From Eledone cirrhosa (lineage: Eukaryota), in assembly GCA_964016885.1 (NCBI GenBank), contig OZ024742.1, positions 19,282,001 through 19,346,000 on the forward strand: a stretch of DNA of 64,000 bases. The letters are read 5' to 3'. Positions 42,301-56,503 of the stretch are shown one piece after another (positions within the stretch are counted from its first letter, which is position 1; every line of letters starts with the position of its first letter). The notes beneath the pieces were generated by a model, which worked only from the letters and a program-made list of their open reading frames with translations, ran no database searches and had not been told where the DNA came from. A program made the position numbers and the translations under genes.

Positions 42301-44356
42301 CACATGGTTACAAAGATGATCTATTTAACCACACAGCCACACATGTGCTTCTTTGTTTAAAAATAAAGAAGAAAATAATTTCTTCACAAATTAAAAGTAT
42401 TTTCTCCTAAAACGTGAGCAAATGATACAATTAGTTGTACATAACATGAAATAGTTTTCCGCTTAATTTCACTCGGTAAATTCATAAGTTTGGAACGCTA
42501 GAGGTAGCACGTCTGAGACACACAAACAAAAATACTAATAATGTTTTCATTTAATTCTCTCCATTAATCGAACTCCACAGCTTACTAATTTACAGTCTGT
42601 TGTATAGTAAAATAGACGGTGAATTGGAGTCGTTAAAACGTCGGATAGACTGCTTTGTGGTATTCCTTCCGGCTCTCAATACTCTGAGTTCAAATCTCAT
42701 ACAGGTCAACTTTGTCTTTCATCCATTCATGGTCGATAAAAAAGTACCAGTCTAGTACTGGGGTCTATTCTTCTATATCGCTTTTTTCCTCTCTCCTCTC
42801 TGTAAGAAGTTTCCTGTGGTCATTTGCCTTTCTCCATTCAAGGTCGATAAAAAAAAAATACCAATCTAGTACTGGATTGATTCCTCCTCTATATCTCTCT
42901 CACTTCGCCCCCTTCTCTAGAAGAAATCTGTGTTCAGGCATGGAGAGGAGATGGGCTCCGCCAGGCTTAAAGTGCCTAAGAAACATTGTATGCCACTACG
43001 CCCCCCTTACGACTCCATCAGGAGTTACGGGACCAGGCAAATATATATATATGTATAGGAAGATACAAAGTTGGCTGTCGGTAGCCTGTCACTTTAGCAG
43101 CTGTTAAGAATTAATAAAAAATTTGTTTGTTGAATTCTTAGTTTAAACCTTCCAACCCCCAAATATAGCAACACATCTATAGCCAGAATGTAGAAATGGT
43201 ATAAGTACTCGAATTCTCTGGAAAGTAAAACAATATCAAGATATTTTCTTAGGAATTAGAACCGTTGTATAATATGTCAAGAACAAGAATGTATCACTTG
43301 TTTTTGACACAACGTAATTAGTTCATTTAGTAAACGATTTAAAAACATTCCTAGCTGAAACCGAATCAATTATTTCTGGTTTAAATTCTAAACACTTTTA
43401 TAATAACTAATTCTTGTTTGGCAATTTAAGATTGGCAATTTGAAGGCACGAGAATGGGAGTCGTGGTTTTATGCCTTTCTCAAACGTATCATTGAACTTA
43501 ACTGAACTAAATTGTATTCAAGTGAAACTGGAATTGAAGTAATGTTCCAGCTCATTTTCCTGCGAAGATACCAGACATGACTGTGAGATTATGAATTTTG
43601 CTTCGCAACTGCCTGGCTTTGGCTTCAGCCCCACTGTGTGATATTTTTAGAGGAATGTCTTCTACAATAGACTCGGCTCAACAAATATTTTGTAAATGAA
43701 ATTTGGTCGATGGAAATTGTATAGAAGTGCGTAAAATAAGGTTACTGTTCCTTAGTGGAAGAATTTATTCCGTATTTCGTTTTAGTATATCTCCTATCCC
43801 TTGGGTTATTTTAACGAAGTCCACTCTGATACAAGCTTTTCGACCAGGCCTAATGTCTGAGGAAAATTTCTTTCCTTTATCACAACTTTCCTGTAACACA
43901 TAAAAAGAATCACGGAAGCTAATCTATCTTTTTTTTCTTTCTAAGCCATTATAAAGACCTGTATAATAAAACGACTGAGATTTTTTTTTATAACTGCCAA
44001 TGTCGTTAAAATAATGCATAGTCAGCAAAACTGATATTGAACTTAAAACAGAGGATAAATCTGAATTCTATAATGTATTTAGTCCGGTATTTCATACAAC
44101 TTTTATTTGGGCTTTAACACATGCTACAAATAAGATATACACGTACAGGCGACACTAGCTATAGTATATACTGTGATTTCACTAAGGGTTTTCGGTTCCC
44201 ATACAATACCACGAGCAGAAACAGATACTCCCCCCCCCCCTGCCTTGATCTAGTGGAAGATCTTTATATATGTAAGTTATCCCGAGTTCAATCAGAGTAA
44301 CCACAGGAAGTAAGGTACTCAATACTAAGCAGAGTATAAATGTTTAATATAGAAAA

Positions 44357-44405
44357 GCTTCTACAGGACGAGAACTGTTTCATTCGTGAGAAATCATCAG
44401 GAAGC
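44357..44405 (-). ncRNA. Type I hammerhead (family 4)
   Basis: gcttc CTGATGA tttc-tcac-gaat GAAA cag...ctg TA gaagc; head-to-head with a 5'-truncated copy at 44408-44450. Confidence 0.85.
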
Positions 44406-44449
44406 ACTGATGATTTCTCACGAATGAAACTGTTCAAGTCCTGTAGAAG

Positions 44450-44487
<38 letters not shown>

Positions 44488-44782
44488 AGTGTGCGTTTGT
44501 GCGAGTGTATGGGAGTGAGGACTTTATATGTGTGCGTGTGTGAATGTGTTTGTAGAAACCTGACCAAAGGAATTGTTAGCTTAAGAGAACCTTAAAAATC
44601 AGGAGTGGCACCCCAGAGTGAACCTGTCTATAGAATTCTTTCTGCCTTTGTTATTCTAAATATAGTTTTTAAAGAATTTCCTTTTCTTTAAACCCATCAA
44701 CCAATGACCTCCACCCATCCTAATCACCACCCTCTCCTACCACCAGAAAAGATATAAATACCACCATATTACTTGGACAGCC

Positions 44783-44833
44783 GGCTTCCTGATGATTTCT
44801 CCCGAATGAAACAGTTATAGTCCTGTAGAAGCC
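44783..44833 (+). ncRNA. Type I hammerhead (family 4)
   Basis: ggcttc CTGATGA tttc-tccc-gaat GAAA cag-ttatagtc-ctg TA gaagcc; inverted copy at 45124-45170. Confidence 0.88.
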
Positions 44834-44931
44834 TTTTCAATATTAAATATATATATATATATATATATAAAAGGAAAAAAGATGAAATCGAAAATGCAAC
44901 TGGAGTCTTTTTAAGAATATTTATTTGGTTC

Positions 44932-44967
44932 CTTTACCGGTTTCGCAGTTCTTGTGCTTTTCAAAAG
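44932..44967 (-). ncRNA. Minimal hammerhead, U3-A8 variant (family 3)
   Basis: ctt TTGAAAA gca-caagaac-tgc GAAA ccgg TA aag. Confidence 0.65.
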
Positions 44968-45633
44968 TAGAATTGAGATGGAGGGTCTGTGGTTTTACTA
45001 AACACAAACCCTCCATCTCAATTCTAAAGGAACCAAATAAATATTCTTAAAAAGACTCCAGTTGCATTTTCGATTTCATCTTTTTTCCTTATACTTTCAT
45101 ATATATATTTAATATTGAAAATGCTTCTACAGCACTATAACTGTTTCATTCGGGAGAAATCATCAGGAAGTCGGCTGTCCAAGTATGTGTGGTTACTAAA
45201 AACAAGGTTTAGGATGGTAGATAGGACGGAACAGGAGGAGTAAGGAAGAAAGGAGTTTCCATTGTCAGCTGTAAATGTTTCCCGAACCGATGTTTCGGTG
45301 CTGAATTACAGGACATCGGTGTAGTTCGGGTGCGCCCGAGGCCTTTTATTAATCAAAAGGCCAGGTGGAAAAGGAGAGAGAAAGAGAGAAAAAAGGGGAG
45401 AAAAAAGGAGAGAGCAAAGGAAAGAGGGGGAAAGGAGGAAGAACAGTGGGTGAGGAGAGAGGAAGAAAGGGGAAAATTTAGGAAAGGAATGGGAGAAAAA
45501 AAGTGTACAGGTCCCATCGTGGGAAGACACAGGTGAAAGAAACAAATTTGCTTACAAACAAAAAGGTTCAGGGTATTTAATCACCAATAAATACATTTGG
45601 TAAATGAGTAAAATTTACTCTCATTAATATTAC

Positions 45634-45669
<36 letters not shown>

Positions 45670-45708
45670 ATATTAAATAAATGGAAACTATATTTATAAA
45701 ACCATATT

Positions 45709-45771
45709 TATTTTATTATATATATTTCAAGGGTACCAAAACACTTTGGTACGCTTTCTTCAGATAAAATA
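45709..45771 (-). ncRNA. Minimal hammerhead (family 5)
   Basis: tattttat CTGAAGA aag-c-gtaccaaa...tttggtac-c-ctt GAAA tatata TA ataaaata; inverted partner at 46381-46443. Confidence 0.85.
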
Positions 45772-46380
45772 CAAAGTTTGTTTTATAAATAGAGACATAC
45801 CCAGGACCCATTTATTTATTTATTTATTTATTTATTCATTTATTTATCTACTTAAAACAGAAGAAAAACATCCCTCGTAACTCATATTATATTATAAACA
45901 AATTTTAAACAACTAATAATCGTAAAATATCCTTTTAATATAAATACACATACTATTAAAATATATACTTACATATATACTTACATATATACATAGATAA
46001 TTGTTCGAATATATTTCCCTCAAATTAACGTTATATGAGCTTTTCATCGATAAAATAAAGTACCAGTAATGCACTGGTTAATTGCTGGCCTTGTGCCAAA
46101 AGTAGAAACAGTTATATGAGCTTTTCATTCATCTTGCTTTTTTCCTTCTCTCTCTCTCTCTCACTATTTTGTCCTTCTTCTCTTCTCTCTTCTCTCTCTC
46201 TCACTATCATATATTATATATAATAACTCTCCATAGTCGTTTAAATAAACGGTTGCTTTTCAATTATTTACATATTCATTTGCATATTGACCCATAAGTT
46301 TGAAAAATCCATAATACATTTCCACTATCCAGAGAATATCCAACTGATAAGGTATGTCTCTATTTATAAAACAAACTTTG

Positions 46381-46443
46381 TATTTTATCTGAAGAAAGCG
46401 GACCAAAGTGTTTTGGTACCCTTGAAATATATATAATAAAATA
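46381..46443 (+). ncRNA. Minimal hammerhead (family 5)
   Basis: Same motif on the plus strand. Confidence 0.8.
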
Positions 46444-46595
46444 AATATGGTTTTATAAATATAGTTTCCATTTATTTAATATCTTTGAATAATATCATTG
46501 AATATTTTCTCCAGGAACTGTTCAGTGCTCTAAATCATTATTAAACATTTATATTTATATTTGTCAGATTTCCAACAAATTAAATATCCCTTCTA

Positions 46596-46658
<63 letters not shown>

Positions 46659-47289
46659 AATGGTTTTCTGAAGAGAATTGGAAGGGAGCTACAGTGAAAT
46701 AAGGTATTCAATGCATTTGTAGAGAATGTATATATTTGTTTCATATAGAAGTGACTTCTACGGGATTAGGACTGTTTCATTCAATTGAAATCGCCAGGAA
46801 TATCAACAGAATGAAACAGTTCTAGTCCTGTAATTGTCACTTCTATATGTAATAAATATATATATTCCTGGTTATATCAGACGAAACAGTAATGAAACAG
46901 TTCTTGTCCTGTAGAATTATTTCTATATGAACTACACAAACACACTAAAAAGTTCACACACTCATTCACACACATTCACACTCACACACATTCACCTACA
47001 TACACACATTCACATACACACTCACACGCATTCACATACATACTCACACACATTCACATACACACTTACACACATTCACATACACACTCACACACATTCA
47101 CACACTCACACACACACTTGCACACATTCACATACACACTCACACATATTCACAAACATACACACATTCACCTACATACTCACACACATTCACAAACATA
47201 CTCACACACATTCACACACACACTCACACACATTCACACATTCACATACACATTCACATACATACTCATACACTCACACACATTCATTT

Positions 47290-47389
<100 letters not shown>

Positions 47390-47681
47390 AAGCAGAAAGG
47401 ACCAAAGACTGAAGGATTGTTAGAGATTTCAGTGAAATGTATCTTCTAACTGCCAACTTCTACGCATTGAGTTAACATTATGAAACTATGTGAAGACATA
47501 ATTTCCAACTAACTAGGACATTCCATTTGACTGTGGTGGACAGGTGAATAGTGGACACCTAGTTGTCAACATGACAGTTGTTTAGTGTTTGCTTTATTTA
47601 GTTAATTACACATGCTAGGTGACTATCTCCCAACAAACCGGTTTAGATTCACTAAAGCCTACTAACAAAAAAAAAACAACC

Positions 47682-47720
<39 letters not shown>

Positions 47721-47847
47721 GCATACATTATGTGTGTGTGTATATATATATATATATACATGCATACATTATGTGTATATATATAAATATATATATATAT
47801 ATATTCATTATATTAATAAATGGAAACTATATTTATAAAACCATAAT

Positions 47848-47913
47848 TATTTTATTATATATATTTCAAGGGCAACCAAAGCAAATTTTGGTGCGCTTTC
47901 ATCAGATAAAATA
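47848..47913 (-). ncRNA. Minimal hammerhead (family 5) in fold-back 47805-48097
   Basis: CTGATGA aag-cgcacc...ggttgc-cctt GAAA tatata TA; the plus-strand partner near 47987-48052 has GAAA mutated to AAAA. Confidence 0.8.
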
Positions 47914-48791
47914 CAATATCCAGCGAACCTCCAACCGTCAAGGTTGTTCTTCGGCGGGTATGTCAACATTTATAAAACAAATTTTGTATTTTATCTGATG
48001 AAAGTGCACCAAAATTTGCCTTGGTTGCCCTTAAAATATATATAATAAAATAATTATGGTTTTATAAATATAGTTTCCATTTATTAATATAATGAATATT
48101 TACTCTACCATTTGTTGAGTGCTTTATATCAGTTATAAAATTTACATCGTTTTATTTTCCGGAAAATAAAACGATGTAAATTCTCGCAACAAAAACAACC
48201 TGCTCTATAAAATTGGATTAAAGAACAACATGCTGTAATAATCTAACCTAATACATCAAGCTTCCAATACTGAATCATCGTGAATTATGTGAAGGACATA
48301 TAATCTATATATTACGTTTCCTGGATTGTGAAAATGGTGGTGTATACGAAAACCATAACATTATTTTGCTTCTCATTTTTAATATTTCTCTGCACACAAG
48401 CTTCTTTATCATACATTAAAAAATACTTTACCAGTACAACCCCCATAATACTCTTGTTTACCCGCTTAAAGTGCTTGTATTGCATATAACACCTTGCCGC
48501 ACATTAATCTTATATAAATAAGACACACGTGCATGCCCCACGTGTAACTATTGCATACACTAACCACTTCAAACTATCCTCTTGCATTATCTTCGTAAAC
48601 TGCCGATGTTGTATTTTAACTTTAATTTTGTTTTAATTTTCTTTTAATATGATTTTAATTTTTGAATGTAAATTGTCATGCTAAAATATTATAATGAATG
48701 TCACCCCACTGTGCATCGATATATATATATGTTTCTGGATGTCTCTTGTGTTGGAAAGGTGGTCATGTATGTAAACAATCATTGAAAAATT

Positions 48792-48836
48792 GCTCCGAAG
48801 ACTTTAAACCTCGGTTTGGACGAAACAATTGTAAGC
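48792..48836 (+). ncRNA. Hammerhead-like motif with CCGAAGA core
   Basis: gct CCGAAGA c-tttaaacc-tc-ggtttgga-c GAAA caattg TA agc. Confidence 0.55.
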
Positions 48837-49037
48837 TAATAAATGATTTGAACAGAACTTTGATTCATGTGATTTCTATATAACTGCTCTGTAGAACAAC
48901 TGATGTTATTACATTGAGCTATTTATCTTACTGGTAATAAGGTAGTAATAAATTACTGCCTTTCACTGTTTAGGGTTTAAAATATATATAACTATAAAAA
49001 GTTTTAGTATATACATAACCATAAATAGTATCCTTAA

Positions 49038-49084
<47 letters not shown>

Positions 49085-49798
49085 AACGAGTAGGACCCAG
49101 ACGGCTGAGCTCAAGCCGTTTCGACGCCTAATTCTGGACATTTCCTCCGTTATATATATATATTAATGTGTGTTTGACAACAAATAATGCATTCAAACGG
49201 GAAAGCATAAAGAGCTTTGATAATTTTAAAATTCTATACGTTTATTAATATTTCCAGAAATTCAAACATAATGTTTATCCATGTGTGTCTGTGTTTGTGT
49301 GAATGTGTGTGATAATGAGTGTTAGTGTGTATTTATCCCTTGTTTGGTTAATATTATTCTTATTTGGGAGGGTCATGATGCCATTAAAAACACACGCACT
49401 TTTGAGTTTTCACTGCAATTTATTACAAATTTCCAGTTGGTTGGTTTAGTAACCAGATGATTGTTTATTGTCAATAAAGAAAGAACCAGTATGAATCGAA
49501 TGCGTTGGTATTTATCGACTTCGAAGGGATGAAGAGCAAAGATGACCAATTTATTTGACTAATTCAAAACGAAGCAAAAACTTTCATTGAAGCAGTTTAC
49601 TCTCGAGTCCCAAAATATAGGGGGTGAAATAAGCGGGGGTATTGGACATTTGCTTAAATTCTTATAAGCGCAACGTTGGAATAAACGGGATGGGGGATTG
49701 GTAATTGTATAGTGTATGTTTGTAATTATAGGATTTCTTGTAATGTTCTTTTTTTTGTCATATATAATGTTTTTTTAATGTAAACTAAAATTATTGCA

Positions 49799-49976
49799 TT
49801 GGCAGTATCGGTAGAGGGTCGGACGCCATGCTTTGACGCATAGAGTTACGACCATTCTGAGTTCAAATCCCGCCGAGGTTAACTTTGCCTTTCATCCTTA
49901 CGGGGTCGATAAAATAAAGTACCAGTAATTCACTGGGTAATTGCTGGCCTTGTGCCTAAAGTAGAAACAATTATTA
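49799..49976 (+). mobile_element. Family-A SINE inserted in DNA transposon 49599-50152
   Basis: Full SINE body; flanks match the uninterrupted 7099-7428 copy. Confidence 0.85.
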
Positions 49977-50371
49977 GGTTCTCCAGCTGGTGTATCAATA
50001 TGAATCACTTAAAATAAAATTTCGGTTGAGATAAATTAGTAAAATTTAATAAGCGGTTTAGTGGTAGCGGCGGTGGTGGTTTTCGGGGAGGAGGGTGGAT
50101 CTGAAAACTTAATAAGTGTGGGGAGGGGGTCGATTAATTAAGACGGGAGAGTACTTGAAGATAACACACTTGCAAAAATTCAAACTTTGCTCAACGTTTC
50201 TACATCCACTGGCCGATAGATAAAGCAATAAAATGATGGGTAAGCAGCCTGTCTCTCTTTAGATAAATGGTAACGCAGCTATTTGGTGTAGGGCAGGTAT
50301 GCGTTCGATTCCAACAAGCGATATTTTCCAGTTTTTCCGTCTTTAAGGCCTTATACATTTAACTTACTGAG

Positions 50372-50663
50372 GATGAAGAACTCAGAGCTGTACGCTAGCC
50401 TCCCAAAAGTGACACAGAGGAGACTGAGGTTAGCTGGACATGACCACCGACATCCAGAGTTGACACTGCACTCAGTGCTCCTGTGGGAGCCCCTGCATGG
50501 ACACACTGGAAGAGGAAGACCGAGGTTAACATATGTTGATGCCCTAAGGACAGACACTGGTCTCTTGGAGACGCAGGACATCGCAGCGATAATGAGGGAC
50601 AGAGACAGCTAGAGAGAACTCGTCCATGGATCTCGGGAATTTTACCCGCTCTAGATAGATAGA
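50372..50663 (+). mobile_element. RTE-type LINE 3' end
   Basis: RRLRLAGH..RHPE...VLLWEP.HG..GRGRPRLTYVD; (AGAT)n tail. Confidence 0.85.
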
Positions 50664-51333
50664 CATACTTAACTTCATCTATTTTTCATAGACAAAACCT
50701 GCGCTGTAGCAGTTTACAATAAGCTGATATATTTTCAATATTCTAATAAAAGCTGTATTTTCATCAAAGCTAGAACCACATGCTAACGTCTGTCCCTTTT
50801 CTTTGATGCTAGAAAATACTTCCAACACACAACAATTACCGACCCTTTACAATGCTGAGACCAACAATAGAGCATTACTCCCACACCCGGGGCAGTGCCG
50901 CTGTTGATGAAACTGGTATTCTACGCTGTATCGAGCTAATTAGTTTTAAATCACTCTGAGACACCCAAGCCTCCGGACAACATACATACTGTCTCATATC
51001 TGCACGTCTTCTATTGTTTCTACCGTGGTTTCTGCTCAACAGAGCTTCCTGAACTCATAACACTTCAACTTAGGAATTACCATCTCATTTTGACACGGCT
51101 TCTCACGTTATCCACCGTGTGTCCAACAACCCGCACTTACCACCACACCCAGTCCTTCCTGCCAATATGTCGGTACCTACCGCCATCAGTACCTACCACC
51201 ATCCCTTCTCATACCTTTCTCATATGACTGGACCTACCACAATTTAAACGAAATGCATCAACGACATCGATAACACCGATCACGAAATGCCTTTGAAAAC
51301 TATGGGCACTACCCCTTCCTCTAAACCAGCCAA

Positions 51334-51440
<107 letters not shown>

Positions 51441-51945
51441 TGTGTAATAAACAACACAATACAATTATTCCATTTACCAAAGGTTTCAAGAAGACTGGCG
51501 ACCTCAACAGAGGCGTCTGAAGTCGTTCAACAGAAAATAAAATTTAATATGGATGTAAGATATGAAATTAAAAACAAAAGCTATTACAATTGAAAGCGAG
51601 GCTGAAATGGAAAAAAAATATAAAACAAATAAAACAAAACAAAAAAATAATAAAATAAAATAATTTATTTTATTTTATTATTTTTTTATTTGTTTTACTT
51701 TTTAATTTTATTTCAGCCTCGCTTTCAATTGTAATAGCTTTTGTTTTTAATTTCATATCTTACATCCATATTAAATTTTATTTTCTGTTGAACGACTTCA
51801 GACGCCTCTGTTGAGGTCGCCAGTCTTCTTGAAACCTTTGGTAAATGGAATAATTGTATTGTTTTGTTTATTACACAATTAAATACTTCTGCACTATACA
51901 TAGAGCACTCTTCCTTGCTTTACCTTTTCTACGGAAATACTTCAT
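51441..51945 (+). mobile_element. Fold-back relic of family 2 with degenerate hammerheads (CTGTTGA core)
   Basis: Palindrome centred ~51662, homologous to 3912-4220. Confidence 0.75.
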
Positions 51946-52026
51946 ATATATATATATATATATATATAACAGATTAAAGTTTAAGCAAAGAATCGCTGCT
52001 TTCACCCTAAACGGGAACTTCTGAAA

Positions 52027-52078
<52 letters not shown>

Positions 52079-52143
52079 AAAAAAGATGAAATCGAAAATG
52101 CAACTGGAGTCTTTTTTTTTTTTCATATATATTCATTTGGTTC

Positions 52144-52179
52144 CTTTACCGGTTTCGCAGTTCTTCTGCTTTTCAAAAG
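52144..52179 (-). ncRNA. Minimal hammerhead, U3-A8 variant (family 3)
   Basis: ctt TTGAAAA gcag-aagaa-ctgc GAAA ccgg TA aag. Confidence 0.7.
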
Positions 52180-52211
52180 TAGAATTGAGATGGAGGGTTT
52201 GTGGTTTTTCT

Positions 52212-52256
<45 letters not shown>

Positions 52257-53364
52257 GTTTAAATTTGGTGGTATACCACTGGGTAGAATAGGTCAGTCTG
52301 CAATGTTAACCATATATAAAAGAAAGTTGAAAAAGAAGTTGAAAATGTAATTGGGATCTTTAAAAATATTTAAGAATATCTTTACCGGTTTTACGTTCGG
52401 ATGGTTTTCAAAGGTTAAGTGAGATGGAAGTCACACATCACTGAACTTTTGGAAATCATTCAAACGTCAAACCGGTAAAGTTATTAATAACTCCTCTTAA
52501 AAACTCAAATTGCATTTTCAATTTCTTTTTCCGTGTGGTATATAAATGAAAAAAACTTTACTTTCATATATGATATATATCTGTATGCATGTGTGTGTGT
52601 GTTTCTGTGTCCGTATATATGTGTATATGTATATGTACATGTATATACATATGTATATGTGTAACGCACACATACTCACACACAGACAGTCATTGTTGAC
52701 AGCTAAAGCATTATTGTAGAAGTTGTTACAGAAAAAGAGGAATTTTTATATAATCCACAACATTGTTAAAATATCCCAGTAGCAACTGTCTTTTAATGCT
52801 TACCTCACCTTACGTCTAACGTAGACTAGGTCGGCCATGTGTAACATATAACATAACCTCACTCAAACACCTGTTTTCGTTGGTGGCTTTATTTTTTTTC
52901 TCTGTTGATTTTCTCCTAGAGTAACATACATAGACACATTCTTCTATTCATATTGACAAATCCTGTTAAAACAGGGCATCAAAGACTGACAGCCTGCCAT
53001 TAATCCCCTTCCTTATTTAACATCGGATAAGATTGTTTGTCAAAGATGCACATGTAAACAGGCAAGGCATGCCACTTGCTGTGTTTCCTGAGAGAGGAGT
53101 TATTATTTCTAACACGGTTTCATTTGGAAAAGTCTAACTTCTCTTTGTTCGTCCATCTATGAAGAAATATACATGACTCTATATCGATTTGTAGCGAGGT
53201 CATCTACATCTGTAGAGCTATATTTACTTACCAGCATATGTGTGCATATATGTATGTATGTATGGATGGATGGATGGATGGATGTATGTATGTGTAATGT
53301 ATTATATATGTACGAATATGTATGTGTATCTACGTGTATACGTATGTATGTATGTGTGTATATA

Positions 53365-53714
53365 ACACCTGCAACCCCGATGGTATCCAATGATGTTGAC
53401 TTGTTCTTCTTTTTGGTAAATATCATCTTGGTTAAGAGAGTGGGACTGGCTTTGTGCAGTACCTTTGCTCACTATAAAAGCTTCACGGCACAGGCACTGC
53501 TTTATATCTGGAGATCTCTCTGCACTTGTCGTCACATGGTACCATGGGCCCAGCACTATGTGTCAATAATTGTCACAAGTGTAGTGTTTGTACCAGAGTT
53601 TTCAAGTCGCTGGCTGGACTAAAAAGTCACACTCCTTCAGTGCATCGGTAGGGGTTCTCCTACATGGATATAAAGTAGTGGCCATACTCGAAAACGAGTT
53701 GGCAGCCACCATCA
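53365..53714 (+). mobile_element. RTE (BovB-like) LINE 3' end
   Basis: C2H2-like HKCSVCTRVFKSLAGLKSH and RTE-type tail CTCGAAAACGAG. Confidence 0.65.
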
Positions 53715-53842
53715 TGTATATATACATATATATATATATAGGTTATACATATGTGCATGTAGGTCGACTCACATTTGCTCCCTCTTTCTTATTCACACAA
53801 GAACACTGCATATCTACACAATGTAAGCATGTATATTCGTGC

Positions 53843-53876
<34 letters not shown>

Positions 53877-53906
53877 TTCTGTGTGTGTGTATAAGTGTAC
53901 GTGTAT

Positions 53907-53951
<45 letters not shown>

Positions 53952-54288
53952 CATACAGTTATCTGTGTGTATGTATGTGTATATGAGTAAATGTGTATAC
54001 ATGGATGTGTATATATATGTATGTGTACATATGATATATATATATATATATATCATACGTATGAATGTATATATATGTACAGACCAACCCACCCACACAC
54101 CCACACCCACACACATACACCCACACCCACACACATACACCCACACACCCATATATATATATATATATAGTACATCCTTAATGGGCTGAACAAGAATGTC
54201 CTAAGATAACAATCAAAGAAATACAAACACTCAGAAGTTTTATGGTAGTTAACGAAATCATTGTAGTTTTATTACTTTGTATCTCTCT

Positions 54289-55998
54289 CACTGTAACACA
54301 CCACCTCCGCTGTAACACACCCTCCCTCACTGTAACACACCACCTCCGCTGTAACACACCACCTCCGCTGTAACACACCACCTCCGCTGTAACACACCAC
54401 CTCCGCTGTAACACACCACCTCCGCTGTAACACACCCTCCCTCACTGTAACACACCACCTCCGCTGTAACACACCCTCCCTCACTGTAACACACCACCTC
54501 CGCTGTAACACACCACCTCCGCTGTAACACACCACCTCCGCTGTAACACACCACCTCCGCTGTAACACACCCTCCCTCACTGTAACACACCACCTCCGCT
54601 GTAACACACCCTCGCTCACTGTAACACACCACCTCCGCTGTAACACACCACCTCCGCTGTAACACACCCTCCCTCACTGTAACACACCACCTCCGCTGTA
54701 ACACACCCTCCCTCACTGTAACACACCACCTCCGCTGTAACACACCCTCCCTCACTGTAACACACCACCTCCGCTGTAACACACCACCTCCGCTGTAACA
54801 CACCCTCCCCCACTATAACACACCACCTCCGCTGTAACACACCACCTCCGCTGTAACACATCCTCCCCCACTATAACACACCACCTCCGCTGTAACACAC
54901 CACCTCCGCTGTAACACACCCTCCCCCACTATAACACACCACCTCCGCTGTAACACACCACCTCCGCTGTAACACACCCTCGCTCACTGTAACACACCAC
55001 CTCCGCTGTAACACACCACCTCCGCTGTAACACACCCTCCCTCACTGTAACACACCACCTCCGCTGTAACACACCCTCCCTCACTGTAACACACCACCTC
55101 CGCTGTAACACACCCTCCCTCACTGTAACACACCACCTCCGCTGTAACACACCACCTCCGCTGTAACACACCCTCCCCCACTATAACACACCACCTCCGC
55201 TGTAACACACCACCTCCGCTGTAACACATCCTCCCCCACTATAACACACCACCTCCGCTGTAACACACCACCTCCGCTGTAACACACCCTCCCCCACTAT
55301 AACACACCACCTCCGCTGTAACACACCACCTCCGCTGTAACACACCCTCCCTCACTGTAACACACCCTCCCTCACTGTAACACACCCTCCCCCACGGTAA
55401 CACACCACCTCCGCTGTAACACACCCTCTCCCACTGTAACACACCCTCCCCCACTGTAACACACCACCTCCGCTGTAACACACCCTCTCCCACTGTAACA
55501 CACCCTCCCCCACTGTAACACACCCTCCCCCACTGTAACACACCACCTCCGCTGTAACACACCCTCCCTCACTGTAACACACCCTCCCCCACTGTAACAC
55601 ACCACCTCCGCTGTAACACACCCTCCACCACTGTAACACACCCTCCCCCACTATAACACACCACCTCCGCTGTAACACACCCTCCACCACTGTAACACAC
55701 CCTCCCCCACTATAACACACCACCTCCGCTGTAACACACCACCTCCGCTGTAACACACCCTCCCCCACTGTAACACACCGTCCCCCACTGTAACACACCA
55801 CCTCCGCTGTAACACACCACCTCCGCTGTAACACACCACCTCCGCTGTAACACACCGTCCCCCACTGTAACACACCACCTCCGCTGTAACACACCACCTC
55901 CGCTGTAACACACCCTCTCTCACTGTAACACACCACCTCCGCTGTAACACACCCTCCCCCACTGTAACACACCGTCCCCCACTGTAACACACCACCTC
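54289..55998. repeat. 19/20-bp minisatellite (CTGTAACACACCACCTCCG / CTGTAACACACCCTCCCTCA)
   Basis: Direct tandem array of two interleaved variants. Confidence 0.97.
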
Positions 55999-56310
55999 AA
56001 CTGTATCCTCCCCCTCCCCCACAGTTTCAATCCACCCTCTCCCATATACCACCCTCCTTCCTAATATATCCTCCACCCACGCCCACAGTTTCCTCCACCT
56101 CTCACTGTATCCTCCACCCGCCACCCCCACTATTTCCTCAAAGTACCAGTAACGCACTGAGCATCGTCGAGGTTAGCTATATCTTTCCTCCTTACGAGGT
56201 CGATAAAATAAAGTACCAGTAATGCACTGAGGTCAGTTTAATCGACTTTCCACCCTCCCAAAATTGTTGGTCTCGTGCCTATATCAGAAATAATTATTAG
56301 AATGAGCATC

Positions 56311-56503
56311 AGGGCGGTGGGTTGGCAGTATCGCTAGAGGGTCGGACGCCATGTTTTCCAGCATAGAGTTACGACCCTTTATGGTCTGAGTTCACATCCC
56401 GCCGAGGTTAACTTTGCCTTTCATCCTCACGGGGTCGATAAAATAAAGTACCAGTAATGCACTGGGATAATTGCTGGCCTTGTGCCAAATGTCGAAACCA
56501 TTA
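56311..56503 (+). mobile_element. Family-A SINE preceded by a SINE fragment (56145-56298)
   Basis: Full body; imperfect TSD GAATGAGCATCA / GAATGAACATCA. Confidence 0.85.

Noticed and set aside
46745-46920. Additional family-4-like hammerheads
   Set aside because: Core mutated (CTGGCGA) or 5' half missing; treated as decayed relics
54178-56157. VLQRRWCVT-repeat ORFs
   Set aside because: Found in all frames of a 19/20-bp minisatellite whose period is not a multiple of 3
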